Shown here: positions 22,301-31,026 of the stretch, one piece after another
Layout: each line of letters starts with the position of its first letter
Numbering within the stretch: the first letter of the stretch is position 1
DNA from: a virus
Reading direction: 5' to 3' (one strand)
Virus record (IMG/VR): IMGVR_UViG_3300030098_007301
Location: 64,001-128,000 of that record
Length of the DNA stretch: 64,000 nt
Notes under the pieces: model-generated
Told to the model about the DNA's origin: nothing
Database searches by the model: none
Seen by the model: only the letters and a program-made list of their open reading frames with translations
Program-made: the position numbers and the translations under genes

Positions 22301-25300
22301 GCTAGGCCATCAGATGTAGTAGCGTTAGAAGTGCCATTCGTAAGCTGAATTCTCCCCGCGGTGGTTTCGTGAACATGAAGTTTTGCAACAGGACTATTCG
22401 TCCCTATGCCAAAATTAGCTCCATTATTAATATATGAAGTAGTATTAGCAAAAAGAGCTACCTTAGCTGTCCCTGCAGTATACAGCTCAAGACCCCCTTG
22501 ATCCGCAGCAGAGCCGCTAGTGCCTTGACGAGTTAGCGCTGCTACTAAATAATCGTTACTTTCTAGTAAAATCCTTTTTCCGTCGCCTTTAGATTTAATA
22601 TCACCTGCGACATGAAGTGTTGAATCTGGAGTCGCTACACCTATACCCACGCTCCCGCTATCAAGAGCGATTATCGCAGAGTCCTGCAGAGCTGTCGTTC
22701 CATTCCAGCGAGGAATGTAGTGATCTGTGCCTGAACCTGAAACCCCACCGCCACCACTAACCGTAGCCCAAGTTACTGTTCCACTTCCATTGGTTTGTAA
22801 TACTTGCCCTGCTGAACCATCTGCAGTTGGAAAAGTAAAGGCGCTGTTAAATGTAGTAGCTCCAGTATTACTAATTGCCAACCTAACTGAACGTGATCCT
22901 GCGCTGCCTGTTTCAATACTTGCGTTATACCCACTTAGGACAGTTCCATTAGAGCTATGCTTGTAAAGGAATGCTTCTCCCCCACTTGTGCTTGGAGTAG
23001 TATTTGTTGAAAGCGCTATAGCTCCAACAAATGTAGCTTGCCCAGCGTTACTTATGGTAACAGCCGTTGTGCCCGCATTACTTCCTACCCTAAGTCTAAT
23101 AGATTGATTTTGATACGCAGCAATATCTAAAGCATGACCAGAACCAGATCCTTGTACTCCCATGAAAGCGTACAAGCTGCTGCCTTTCATTAACTCGAGA
23201 CCAACTGAACTTGCGCCTTGAATAGTTACGGCGTTACTCCACGAACCAGCGTTTGGACTAGCTGTCCCTACGCCAACAGCGCCTCCACTAAGATAAGAAG
23301 CCCCAGCTGCGTCTAAATATATTTTGTCGGTTCCGCCATTATTTTTTAACAGCAGAGCTCCCCCTGAATTACCATTAGCACTTTGTCCTAATTGAGCAAT
23401 TTCAACCGTGTTACCAGAATGGGTGACTGCTATTTGATCTACGGTTGACCCACTAGCTTTAACGTTTAATCTCGCAGTCGGAGCATTTGTTCCTATGCCA
23501 ACATTACCATCATGTTTTATTCTAATGCCTTGATTTGCTAATGTAGTGCTATTATATCTACTAATATCTAAATCCCCTCCACTAGCAGTTCCTACAAATT
23601 TTATATTAAAATTGTTATTTAGATTTGCGCTACCGTCAGATTCCCCTATGCGGAAAATAGCCGAAGCGCTAGCTACCGTACTTTCTGAATCTTGAATTGT
23701 TAGTACTGGGTCTGCGCCATATACATGAAGTAAAGATGAAGGACTTGCTGTTCCTATCCCTATCTTACTACTTGATTGAGATATTACAGAATCCCCTATT
23801 GTATTTGCATCGCTATATAATGGAACCTTGTTAGCAGTTCCTCCGCCATCTATGGTTCCAGATACAGCAGCGGGAATTAATCCTGATACAATGGCTATTT
23901 CATCAGTTAAATATGTACCTGTGCTAATTAAGTTACCGCTTAACGTATCTATTTTCCCACTTAGGCCAGCGTTAGTGCCTCCTGCTGTTGCTATACCTGA
24001 TACCGTATTTATTTCTGAAGTTAAAGTTTGGCCAGTAGTCACAAGATTAGTGGCAACAGTATTAGTGTTTGTCGTGAGCGTCTGGCCAGTAGTAACTAAA
24101 TTACTACTTAAATTTGTAATGTCCGTATCGTTGGATGTAATCTGGGTTTGTAAAGCTTGCCCAGTTGTAATCAAGTTACCACTAATATCGTCTACAACTT
24201 TTCCAGTTGATATTAAGTTTGTGGAAACTGTGTTAATATTGGTTGTCAGCGTCTGGCCCGTAGTGACCAAATTGCTAGTCAATGTTGTGACGTCAGAGTC
24301 GTTGCTAGTTATCTGCGTTTGTAACGTTTGACCGGTGGTAATTAGATTCCCACTAATGTCATCCACCACTGAGCCAGTTGAAACTAAGTTGTTTGTTAAC
24401 GTAGAGATGTCAGAGTCATTACTAGTAATTTGAGTCTGCAGTGTCTGGCCAGTAGTAATCAGATTCCCGCTAATATCATCAACAACAACTCCAGTTGAAA
24501 TTAAATTAGAATTAAGGGCAAATTGACCAGTTTCATCATAAATATTTATAGTGCTTCCCATGTTGGCATGTAATCCACACTGATATCCTAATGTTGCTGG
24601 AGCGTTTTGAGGAACCCTGAAAATAAGACTTTGACCTACTCCCGCCGCTCTGGAATTTGTTACGCCGCTCGTATACTCATCATTATAGTTTCCTCCTACG
24701 CCCCCGCTCACAATAATAAATGGGTGACTTGATGCGGAAGAGCTACTTCTAAATTTATACGTATTACCTCTTTGGAGATTTATTACAAGTCGATCCACTT
24801 GAGATGTAGTAAAAGCGCTTCCATCTGTTACTTCACTTAATAAATACCTATTCCCACCGCCTATAGATTGCACGGTTATATCAAATTGTGTGGAATAAGT
24901 ACCGCTGAGACTCTCTTCTGTTAAATAGTCTCCTGTTAAATTTTGTAATGTAGAAATATCACTATCATTACTAGTTATCTGAGTTTGTAGTGTTTGACCA
25001 GTCGTAATTAAATTACTTGTAAGGCTCGTTATATCAGAGTCATTTGAAGTAATCTGTGTTTGAAGCGCTGCTCCTGTTGATATAAGATCAGAGCTAGAAG
25101 CTAGTATTCCTGTATTATCATAAATTTTAGCTTCAGCCCCCATGCCAGCATGATGACCGCAATTATAGTAAAGAACGTCTGGCGCTGATTGAGGAACCCT
25201 GAAGTAAAGAATGCCTCCATTTTGAGCTCTAGAATTAGTGATTCCTGAAGTGTATTCGTGAGTATAATTTCCTCCGTTTCCTTGAGTAGCAAAAAAGAAT

Positions 25301-28300
25301 GGATGATTACTGGTACTAGAATCTGTAGTAAATTTATAAGTATCACCTCTGTTAAGGTATATTTCTAATTGTTTAACTTGAGACGTAGTTGTATGGCTAG
25401 GCCCAGTTACATCACTTAAATAATACCTATTACCTCCTCCATCGTTAGCAACGCTTACGTTAAATTGAGTAGAATAAGTTCCGCTAACACTTTCTTCTGT
25501 TAAATAATCTCCCGTTTCCCCTTGTAAGGTAGTTATCTGTGTCTGTAAAGTCTGTCCAGTAGTAATTAAGTTGGAAGCGCTTGCTACTACTTCGCCTTCT
25601 ACAGCAAGAGGAAAGTTCAACTCAAATCTATCATTGGCGTCATTATATAAAATATTTGCATTAGTTGCAGTTCCGCGATCAATTACAATACCACCGGAAA
25701 TTGCACTAATCCCAGCACCACTTTCGCCACTGTTAATTTGAATTATATTATCTTTAACTGCGAGATTCTCTACATCAACAATAACTTCAGTTCCCGTGAC
25801 TGTTAAGTTATTTATTGTAACGTCATTGGTAAATATTTTATTTCCAGCTATACTCTGGTTAGTTGTCAGCTTAACAGTGGTAGAATCTAAAGTACTAATG
25901 TCAGAATCGTTGCTCGTAATCTGAGTTTGCAGAGTCTGACCAGTAGTTATTAAATTTCCACTAATACTATCAACGAAGCTCCCTGTAGAAATTAAGTTAG
26001 CGGCTGAAGCAAATTGGCCGGTTACTGAATTATCAACTAAGTTCCCGGTATTGTCGTAAACATTTATGGTACTACCCATATTGGCGTGCAGCCCGCATTG
26101 ATACTTTAATGTTGGCGGGGCACTTTGAGGCACCCTAAAAATAAGGCTTTGCCCTACTCCAGCTGCTCTTGAGTTTGTTACTCCGCTTGTATACTCGTTG
26201 CTGTAATTTCCTCCCGCTCCTTCTGTTACAATTATAAATGGATGGCTTGCTGCAGAAGCACTACTTGTAAATTTGTATGTATTACCTCTTTGAAGATTTA
26301 TCTCAAGCCTATCTACCTGAGAAGTAATAAAAGCACTTCCTTCTGTTACTTCGCTTAATAGATATCTGTTGCCCCCATCTATAGATTGCACAGTTATATT
26401 AAATTGAGTAGAATAAGTTCCACTCGTACTCTCTTCAGTTAAGTAATCTCCTGTCTGCCCTTGCAGAGTCGTTATTTGTGTCTGTAGAGTTTGACCGCTA
26501 GTCCCTAAGTTATTCGTAACTGTATTTACGTTAGTTGTTAACGTTTGACCCGTGGTGATTAGATTGGACGTTAAAGTGCTAATATCAGAATCATTACTGG
26601 TAATTTGAGTCTGGAGGGTCTGACCCGTAGTAATAAGATTAGACGTTAAAGTGGTAATGTTAGAATCATTACTTGCAATTTGCGTTTGAAGCGTTTGTCC
26701 AGTAGTTATTAGGTTACCACTTAGCGTATCAACTTTACCACTTAACGCTGGGTCTGAACTTGACCCTGTTGTCAAGCCAGAAACTATAGCTATTTCCGAG
26801 GTTAGCGTCTGCCCTGTTGTAATCAAATTGCTAGTCAGACTAGATATATCTGAATCATTGCTAGTAATTTGTGTTTGTAGGGTTTGACCCGTGGTGATCA
26901 AGTTCCCACTTAACGTGTCTACTTTTCCGCTTAACGCTGTTACATCTTGTCCCCCAGCTATTCCAGAAACTATAGCTATTTCTGAATCTAAAAAATTTCC
27001 ACTTGAAATTAAATTTGAAGCATTATTATCGGTTGAAGTTTTCAGTGCTCCGGTGGCGGCTTTTAAATCAGAAATATCATCATCATTATCAGTAATTAAT
27101 CCTGAAACAGTATTTATCTCTGACGTTAAAGTTTGCCCTGTTGTAATTAAGTGTCCACTTAAAGTATGTATTTGCGGCTGTAAAATCTGTCCAGTAGTAG
27201 CCAAATTACTTACAGCTTCCCCTAAGTCGGTTTCTAGCGTTTCGCCAGTGGCAGATAAATTTGACGTTAAAGTAGATATATCTGAATCATTAGAGCTGAT
27301 TTGAGTTTGTAAGGTCTGACCAGTTGCTATTAAATTACCGCTAATATTATCAGCTTTGGAGGAAACATTATTAACATCTGTTGTTAAAGTCTGGCCAGTA
27401 GTTATCAAATTACCGCTTAAAGCATTAAATTTCCCGCTAAGTTCGCTCGTATCTGTGCGCCCTGTAGCTATACCTGAAACAATAGCTATCTCCGAAGTTA
27501 AAGTCTGACCAGTAGTTATTAAGTTGCCACTTAAGTCGTCTACTTTGCCGCTTAATGCAGGGTCTGAAGCCACTCCAGTAGTAAGGCCAGAAACAATAGC
27601 TATTTCTGCATCTAAAAAATTCCCAGTTGATATTAAATTCCCACTTAAGGCTTCTCCGGTGTTACTTAAGTTACTTGTTAGCGTAGCAATATCAGAATCA
27701 TTGCTAGTGATTTGTGTTTGTAAAATTTGCCCAGAGGTAGCTAAATTACTTACAGTTTGATCTAATCTAGTTGTTAAGGTTTGCCCCGTGGTAACTAAAT
27801 TTGATGTTAAAGAAGAAATATCAGAATCGTTACTTGTGATTTGAGTTTGCAGTGTCTGCCCTGTAGTAGAAATATTACTTGTTAAAGTCGATATATCTGA
27901 ATCGTTTGAATCTATTTGGACTTGAAGAGTCTGCCCTGTTGAATTTAAATTATTAGTTAAAGTTAAAATATCATTATCATTATTTGATATTTGAGTTTGT
28001 AAATTTCTACCCGTGGCGATTAGATTAGTAGTTACGCTAGATATATCAGAATCATCGGCAAAAGACCCAGTTTCACTTCTCTTGACCGCTAAACTTCCTT
28101 CTATGGAGAGAGGGAAATCTATTTCAAAATTGTCGTTAGTTTCATTGAAAATTATATCTGCATCAGGTAACGTGCCCCTGTCTATAACTATACCTCCGGA
28201 ACCTGCAGTTATACCAGCGCCCTGTTCGCCGCTGTTGATAACGATAGTATTGTCTTTTACCCCTAAATGCTCGACGTCAATTATAACTTCCGTCCCTGTT

Positions 28301-29031
28301 ACAGTAAGGTTTCTAATGCTAACGTCTTTAAATTCTGTTGTTCCTGTAGCGCTTCTAAAATCTATCCCTCCCTTAGAGGAATGGATAGGTACGTCTCCAA
28401 TAAATAACGTATTGTTAGAGACTTTTAAATCTTTGAAATGACCACTTAAAAAAGGCTTGGATTCACTACCTAGATTCAAGGTTCCGCTTGCGTCAGGGAT
28501 TATGGAGCCTGAAATTGTCCCTCCAGCTTTACTAAATTTATTTTCTTGAAGGTCTCCTGTAGCCGAACTTAGTAATCCAGTAGCGGTTTGCAGCGAAGAA
28601 ATGTCAGTATTACTATTAGTAATTCTATTTAATAGATCTTGACCAGTGGTAATTAGGTTACCACTTAGCACGTCCCTTAAAGAGTCTAAATTATTTCCGC
28701 TGGCTATAAGATTCCCGCTAAGAGTGGAGATTTGGAATTCTAAATTATTTCCAGTAGAAATAAGATGACCGCTCAACACTCCAATCTCATCTGTTAGAGT
28801 AGTGCCTGTTACTATTAAATTAGCGCGAAGATTAGCTACGTCATTAGTCAGGGAAAGTATATCCCCTTCTGTGGCTAATATATCAGTGTCGACACCTAAA
28901 TCAGGTATTTGTCCGCTGACGTTGGTTACCGGAGGAGCCCCAGCAACAGTAGTAACGCCATCAATACGCTTATCTACTACAGTAGTAGTAGAACCGCTTA
29001 TTACAACGTCGACTACAGTCTGAGTGCTCAT
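16312..29031 (-). CDS. Giant modular fibre protein (4239 aa): coiled-coil shaft, three cupredoxin-like domains, GNVGIGT modules
   Basis: N-terminal TGQTL repeats, three HPF...YxCxxHxxMG domains, then more than 20 GNVGIGT-type modules. Confidence 0.85.
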   Translation of the reverse strand: MSTQTVVDVVISGSTTTVVDKRIDGVTTVAGAPPVTNVSGQIPDLGVDTDILATEGDILSLTNDVANLRANLIVTGTTLTDEIGVLSGHLISTGNNLEFQISTLSGNLIASGNNLDSLRDVLSGNLITTGQDLLNRITNSNTDISSLQTATGLLSSATGDLQENKFSKAGGTISGSIIPDASGTLNLGSESKPFLSGHFKDLKVSNNTLFIGDVPIHSSKGGIDFRSATGTTEFKDVSIRNLTVTGTEVIIDVEHLGVKDNTIVINSGEQGAGITAGSGGIVIDRGTLPDADIIFNETNDNFEIDFPLSIEGSLAVKRSETGSFADDSDISSVTTNLIATGRNLQTQISNNDNDILTLTNNLNSTGQTLQVQIDSNDSDISTLTSNISTTGQTLQTQITSNDSDISSLTSNLVTTGQTLTTRLDQTVSNLATSGQILQTQITSNDSDIATLTSNLSNTGEALSGNLISTGNFLDAEIAIVSGLTTGVASDPALSGKVDDLSGNLITTGQTLTSEIAIVSGIATGRTDTSELSGKFNALSGNLITTGQTLTTDVNNVSSKADNISGNLIATGQTLQTQISSNDSDISTLTSNLSATGETLETDLGEAVSNLATTGQILQPQIHTLSGHLITTGQTLTSEINTVSGLITDNDDDISDLKAATGALKTSTDNNASNLISSGNFLDSEIAIVSGIAGGQDVTALSGKVDTLSGNLITTGQTLQTQITSNDSDISSLTSNLITTGQTLTSEIAIVSGLTTGSSSDPALSGKVDTLSGNLITTGQTLQTQIASNDSNITTLTSNLITTGQTLQTQITSNDSDISTLTSNLITTGQTLTTNVNTVTNNLGTSGQTLQTQITTLQGQTGDYLTEESTSGTYSTQFNITVQSIDGGNRYLLSEVTEGSAFITSQVDRLEINLQRGNTYKFTSSASAASHPFIIVTEGAGGNYSNEYTSGVTNSRAAGVGQSLIFRVPQSAPPTLKYQCGLHANMGSTINVYDNTGNLVDNSVTGQFASAANLISTGSFVDSISGNLITTGQTLQTQITSNDSDISTLDSTTVKLTTNQSIAGNKIFTNDVTINNLTVTGTEVIVDVENLAVKDNIIQINSGESGAGISAISGGIVIDRGTATNANILYNDANDRFELNFPLAVEGEVVASASNLITTGQTLQTQITTLQGETGDYLTEESVSGTYSTQFNVSVANDGGGNRYYLSDVTGPSHTTTSQVKQLEIYLNRGDTYKFTTDSSTSNHPFFFATQGNGGNYTHEYTSGITNSRAQNGGILYFRVPQSAPDVLYYNCGHHAGMGAEAKIYDNTGILASSSDLISTGAALQTQITSNDSDITSLTSNLITTGQTLQTQITSNDSDISTLQNLTGDYLTEESLSGTYSTQFDITVQSIGGGNRYLLSEVTDGSAFTTSQVDRLVINLQRGNTYKFRSSSSASSHPFIIVSGGVGGNYNDEYTSGVTNSRAAGVGQSLIFRVPQNAPATLGYQCGLHANMGSTINIYDETGQFALNSNLISTGVVVDDISGNLITTGQTLQTQITSNDSDISTLTNNLVSTGSVVDDISGNLITTGQTLQTQITSNDSDVTTLTSNLVTTGQTLTTNINTVSTNLISTGKVVDDISGNLITTGQALQTQITSNDTDITNLSSNLVTTGQTLTTNTNTVATNLVTTGQTLTSEINTVSGIATAGGTNAGLSGKIDTLSGNLISTGTYLTDEIAIVSGLIPAAVSGTIDGGGTANKVPLYSDANTIGDSVISQSSSKIGIGTASPSSLLHVYGADPVLTIQDSESTVASASAIFRIGESDGSANLNNNFNIKFVGTASGGDLDISRYNSTTLANQGIRIKHDGNVGIGTNAPTARLNVKASGSTVDQIAVTHSGNTVEIAQLGQSANGNSGGALLLKNNGGTDKIYLDAAGASYLSGGAVGVGTASPNAGSWSNAVTIQGASSVGLELMKGSSLYAFMGVQGSGSGHALDIAAYQNQSIRLRVGSNAGTTAVTISNAGQATFVGAIALSTNTTPSTSGGEAFLYKHSSNGTVLSGYNASIETGSAGSRSVRLAISNTGATTFNSAFTFPTADGSAGQVLQTNGSGTVTWATVSGGGGVSGSGTDHYIPRWNGTTALQDSAIIALDSGSVGIGVATPDSTLHVAGDIKSKGDGKRILLESNDYLVAALTRQGTSGSAADQGGLELYTAGTAKVALFANTTSYINNGANFGIGTNSPVAKLHVHETTAGRIQLTNGTSNATTSDGLAIAAELSTRAYFWLYENAYMQFATNNAERMRIAADGNVGIGTNAPASLLHIYGWTIIESASNFATLRLKSTTGSWDIDNNNGTFGLQWAGGDKFNITSAGSVGIGTNNPAKLLTVRSATSPIIGLYSGYADSNTRNWSIGTNNGAYGDFTISTSAAKGGDPTAIKLSILKEGSVGIGTVSPAVPLHITKSAVGDNEIPEVIRLSTLNSASPNWSTTDGLCIGAEMKKANGTTITKQPIRFRYDGGNMATTFEAGNVGIGTDQPLNLLMINGSSPIIRFRDSNASGTPLAYIDASDGALKLQADASDETASSFLTLEVDGSEHVRVIADGNVGIGTNAPSKALHVIGAAFIDNTGASGGLTVEASSEARITLQAAQNTAYHADLSAHYNYTTPMTLSGYGGTVLAQNTGVTKTLLYANNAEQIRITATGVGIGLGGSDPATKLEVSGTIRSAAFLPKIQLKRTGNVVANGDIEWLGSDDSVDWSIRANYDGGGDNFNIREGSTSRLYIKSGKVGIGTNAPAQKLHVLGDAIKFERASNAVALQLYNNAASPADDAPLGYLQFMGKDNDGTANIVHSEVRGGVQSNTNTAVSGYLAFLTTNNATAVTEKMRIKADGNVGIGTNAPAVQLHIDTTAPWIRSEHSTSGDYLQLGHNGSAAYVDFSADDLIFRSASNTERVRVTGGGNVGIGTASPSSKLHVNSEISCGADDNNRAMFGYTPSRFYLGTRQSGTNYLNTVSVTSGKVGIGTNSPTQLLNVYQAGTVSNGYYEGAVKVGGSTASIGAFLGYNASSSGRVSLTNLNNTGGNNALISFGFGAATDGTPDTLALAMNQNGNVGVGTNVPWAGFHVLRPTIGGFNGLNYNVVIASSNTYANGHAGGINFAGAYNSSETQTSLAGIWASRPNAGDGQYGGMVHIGAREHGTSNIAKVINVSHASVGIGTHVPADTLHVYGTGTTAIFESTSANSYISIKEASGGNHVYLGNQNGLFVIQTPGSSYSTKFQVKSDGNVGVGVSPAYKFQVGGDIYMNGGNFLMDHNYEIRSKDSGGTTRTIARVSSNVLQYGWSGSGNVQFMGGGSYTERMRINASGGAVTFNNAFTFPTTDGSANQVLQTDGSGTVVWATVSGGGGGGNISGSGSANYIPKFTGSSAIGNSTIATNGEDVAIGSTEYGVGGTIDLSVGNPGTTTGGMTLWSTTTGTHSIGFGDANSGTARYEGYLEYSHADNSMRFGTVHTERMRITSAGSIGLNKTPNSQYNLDIEGQVLLGGHMNFKATNSLQGIGFNRNVHTGAIYSSSYYAYQIHSNNNNFEIQRYNGSGTFLGYGLVCTATGNIGIGTNNPLSKLNVLGTQGNWRVDPDSVSNEIQVLSSTVANDGFRTFRLRTNETIIDTAGSESLRVDTGGNLILSKSGGAYVQLKDSSQVRGSINVENGSDGLVFTTGSSFTERIRIKSDGNVGIGMASPASRLEIKGAGGGTGLTLKTTDSSGNTNLWVQDGGKVGVHYYPFVVNQDYNDTDCPASTYMYVHGASPFIIKNDGNVGIGTASPSYKLHVTGGDVKLTSYSNSVYFGSTRLLGYDSSTAGNLWIIGGSGGASGSCRVTLGTGWNWDTSCDFHYAPGTAGAGNGILTIGQQSKNNANFTHGITRFYTKGVEQVRINVDGNVGIGTNAPSAKLNVLENANDWAAIIKNTNAHGYGLSVDCTANTNGTVYALAAYTGLGTGLFVKNSGNVGIGTAQPLDKLDVYGTGAIFRNLSDNADSVQIVRGTNHTASPDAKFYIYDNSSADWAAKINLDGASYGLDIIGGVSHFLLCREANGTSLLEVHNGRMVVNEGGRDMDFRVEGDTDDYLLFTEAGTDRVAISTTAPAAKLHVEGDFKVGTTNNGNWMGYKDVSLNGNTYTTALTINLNNHTGCYVKLFLSGDWSSHSAVAFVGEYFIQNGSDGYAEPGTVISEFDNTNTDSIESKIVDPSSDTFTIQLKLSTAANGTLGGKLSYHVMGMATAVS
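23900..28830 (-). repeat. Intragenic repeat encoding LITTGQTLQTQITSNDSDISTLTSN-like units
   Basis: More than 20 TGQTL-type cores; mainly 25-residue period with shorter variants; synonymous codons vary between copies. Confidence 0.9.
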
Positions 29032-29035
29032 TTTA

Positions 29036-29404
29036 TTAAGTGGTTACTTGAGGAAAAACGAAAAAGTCGCCTGCTAATATTTTATCTACGGCTCCCTCTA
29101 GATTTGAAGCACCCGTCGGAAATTTTTCTATATCGTAAACAAATTGACCTACCGGTAACCCTGAAGTTTGCGACCCACTTAAATAAACGTCAACTAAGCC
29201 GCTTTGATAAGCGCTTCCTGTGTCTCCTGTTACGATAGTAGGGTCTAAATTAACTAAGTTATCAGCGCTAGAATAACGATATTTTACTACTCCTCTTACG
29301 CCGTAGCCGCTAAGATTTATAGCGTCTCCACTTGCATCCTTAACATTTAACCTAACACTTAGCTGTGACCCTTGTGTCGCGCTAAAATTATAAACCGTTG
29401 CCAT
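29036..29404 (-). CDS. Ig-like fibre collar/adaptor protein (T5 p132/LtfC- or BppU-N-like)
   Basis: 122 aa with the pattern QGS...INLSGY...QT..L..GQFVYDIE...KILAGDF..P.VT; directly precedes the 4239 aa fibre. Confidence 0.6.
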   Translation of the reverse strand: MATVYNFSATQGSQLSVRLNVKDASGDAINLSGYGVRGVVKYRYSSADNLVNLDPTIVTGDTGSAYQSGLVDVYLSGSQTSGLPVGQFVYDIEKFPTGASNLEGAVDKILAGDFFVFPQVTT

Positions 29405-29414
29405 ATAGTTTTAT

Positions 29415-29419
29415 TACAC
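29415..29419 (-). promoter_or_regulatory. GTGTA putative late promoter element (collar and giant fibres)
   Basis: ATAGTGTAAT lies 10 nt before the ATG at 29404. Confidence 0.6.
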
Positions 29420-29443
29420 TATATGAGCATTTTTTCTGAAATA

Positions 29444-29809
29444 TTATCTTCCTTCAGAAAGAATTTTCTGGATTTCCTTATCTACAGCTTGAGGTTCTTC
29501 GATAGGAGTAATAGGACGCTGATAAGCTGCAACATGTTTTCTGAATTCACGTAAAAGCCTATCTCTGAGCATATTTCTATTGTCAATTGGGATTATCCCT
29601 ACCTGAGAAGCGTGGCTTTGCATATCTGACATGTTCATGTCGTCTAATCTAGTTTGATATTTAACTTCATCCATAGTTCCATATGCATTCATGCCATTGT
29701 CTCCCCAAACTTGATCTAGGGTAGTAGGTTCAAATTCTTCCACTTTGCCATGGGCTTGAGCCATATTTTTTAAAGAAGCTTTTTTGTTAGTTTTTCTTTT
29801 TGCTGCCAT
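29444..29809 (-). CDS. Hypothetical protein with a possible Rho-N/HeH-like helical motif
   Basis: 121 aa, directly after the capsid gene; LDDMNMSDMQSHASQVGI...RNMLRDRL. Confidence 0.55.
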   Translation of the reverse strand: MAAKRKTNKKASLKNMAQAHGKVEEFEPTTLDQVWGDNGMNAYGTMDEVKYQTRLDDMNMSDMQSHASQVGIIPIDNRNMLRDRLLREFRKHVAAYQRPITPIEEPQAVDKEIQKILSEGR

Positions 29810-29849
29810 AATCTTACCTTTTATATTATAATTGGATACACTTTTTTTC

Positions 29850-29890
29850 TAAAAAATAGAAAACCCCGGCCCTTGCGGACCGGGGTTGTT
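29850..29890 (-). terminator. Rho-independent terminator after the major capsid gene
   Basis: AACCCCGGTCC-GCAA-GGGCCGGGGTT stem with a GNRA loop, then TTCTATTTTT. Confidence 0.9.
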
Positions 29891-29916
29891 AATTAAATAA
29901 CTTTAATTATTTCTAA

Positions 29917-31005
29917 TTAGAGCTGAATACGCAGACCAACCAAAGCGCGAGCATCAAGAAGGACGCGTCCTTCCTCGACTCCACCGTAAAAACCGGTTTT
30001 GTCTTGGCGAGTCACGAACTGGTCATCCGGAAGAGCGGTAAAGGTACCACCAGTCTCGGAGTTGCGAGCCACTGGACGAACAAACGCCTCAGTAGATCTA
30101 TCAACACCAACAACGATTTCCTGATTAGCAGCAAGAGTACCACCGCATACGCTAGAAGAGTACAAGGTGTTGTATTTTTGACCATCACCAAACTCATACA
30201 AGTCAATGATGTTAATACCAAATAGACTCTTAGCGCCACCAGCGCGATACATCTCGTCTTTGATTCCGTCTCCAACCTGCTCGAATGCTGCGTCATCCTT
30301 AAATGCGTTATAAGAAATAGCGCGGATGTCCTCAACAACTTCTGCAGAGCAGAAAATGTCAGTCAAGCCTTTAGAGTAAGAAGTAGTAGGAGTACCGTCT
30401 GCATAAGAAGCATTGATTCTCTTCATCTTCGTAATCATCTGGTTGATTTGAGAGAGACCAAATGTAGTATTACCAGCGTTGATAACTTGGCTACCGGCAC
30501 TACCGGTACCAAACTTACCCTTACCTTCTGCCAAGCCCTTAAGAATAACGGCCCAAGCATTACGATCCTGCTTAACAAGAATCTCGTTAGACATACGCTC
30601 AACAGCTTTGCTCACTACGTCCAAGCGGCTCTTACGTGCGTACTTCTTAAGGAAGCTAACAGCGCTGTCCAACTTGTAAGTAGAGATTTTAAGCTCAGCA
30701 TTACCAGCGATCTGAGAAGAAGGAATACCACCAGCCATATGCTGAGACCAAATAGTCACGTAGTTATCCTTGCCGTTCTGCTCGTAAAACAAATCAAGAG
30801 GATAACTCGGGTTATCATCTTCATCGTACTCTACGTCAGTGTAAAGGTAGGCAGCGGTATTAGCCTGCTGCAAAACCTGTTGAACCACGGGGCCAATAAA
30901 AGCCGCAAAAGCTTCAGTCGCTGGGCGAGAAACTTCCGGGTTCTTGGAGCCCATAGCCTTAATCAATTCGACCTGCTCCGGAGTATTTTTAAGTTTTAAT
31001 TTCAT
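29917..31005 (-). CDS. Major capsid protein (HK97 fold inferred)
   Basis: 362 aa; third gene in the protease-decoration-capsid order; AGGAG RBS; followed by a strong terminator. Confidence 0.8.
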   Translation of the reverse strand: MKLKLKNTPEQVELIKAMGSKNPEVSRPATEAFAAFIGPVVQQVLQQANTAAYLYTDVEYDEDDNPSYPLDLFYEQNGKDNYVTIWSQHMAGGIPSSQIAGNAELKISTYKLDSAVSFLKKYARKSRLDVVSKAVERMSNEILVKQDRNAWAVILKGLAEGKGKFGTGSAGSQVINAGNTTFGLSQINQMITKMKRINASYADGTPTTSYSKGLTDIFCSAEVVEDIRAISYNAFKDDAAFEQVGDGIKDEMYRAGGAKSLFGINIIDLYEFGDGQKYNTLYSSSVCGGTLAANQEIVVGVDRSTEAFVRPVARNSETGGTFTALPDDQFVTRQDKTGFYGGVEEGRVLLDARALVGLRIQL

Positions 31006-31026
31006 ATTAATTTTCTCCTATTATAA

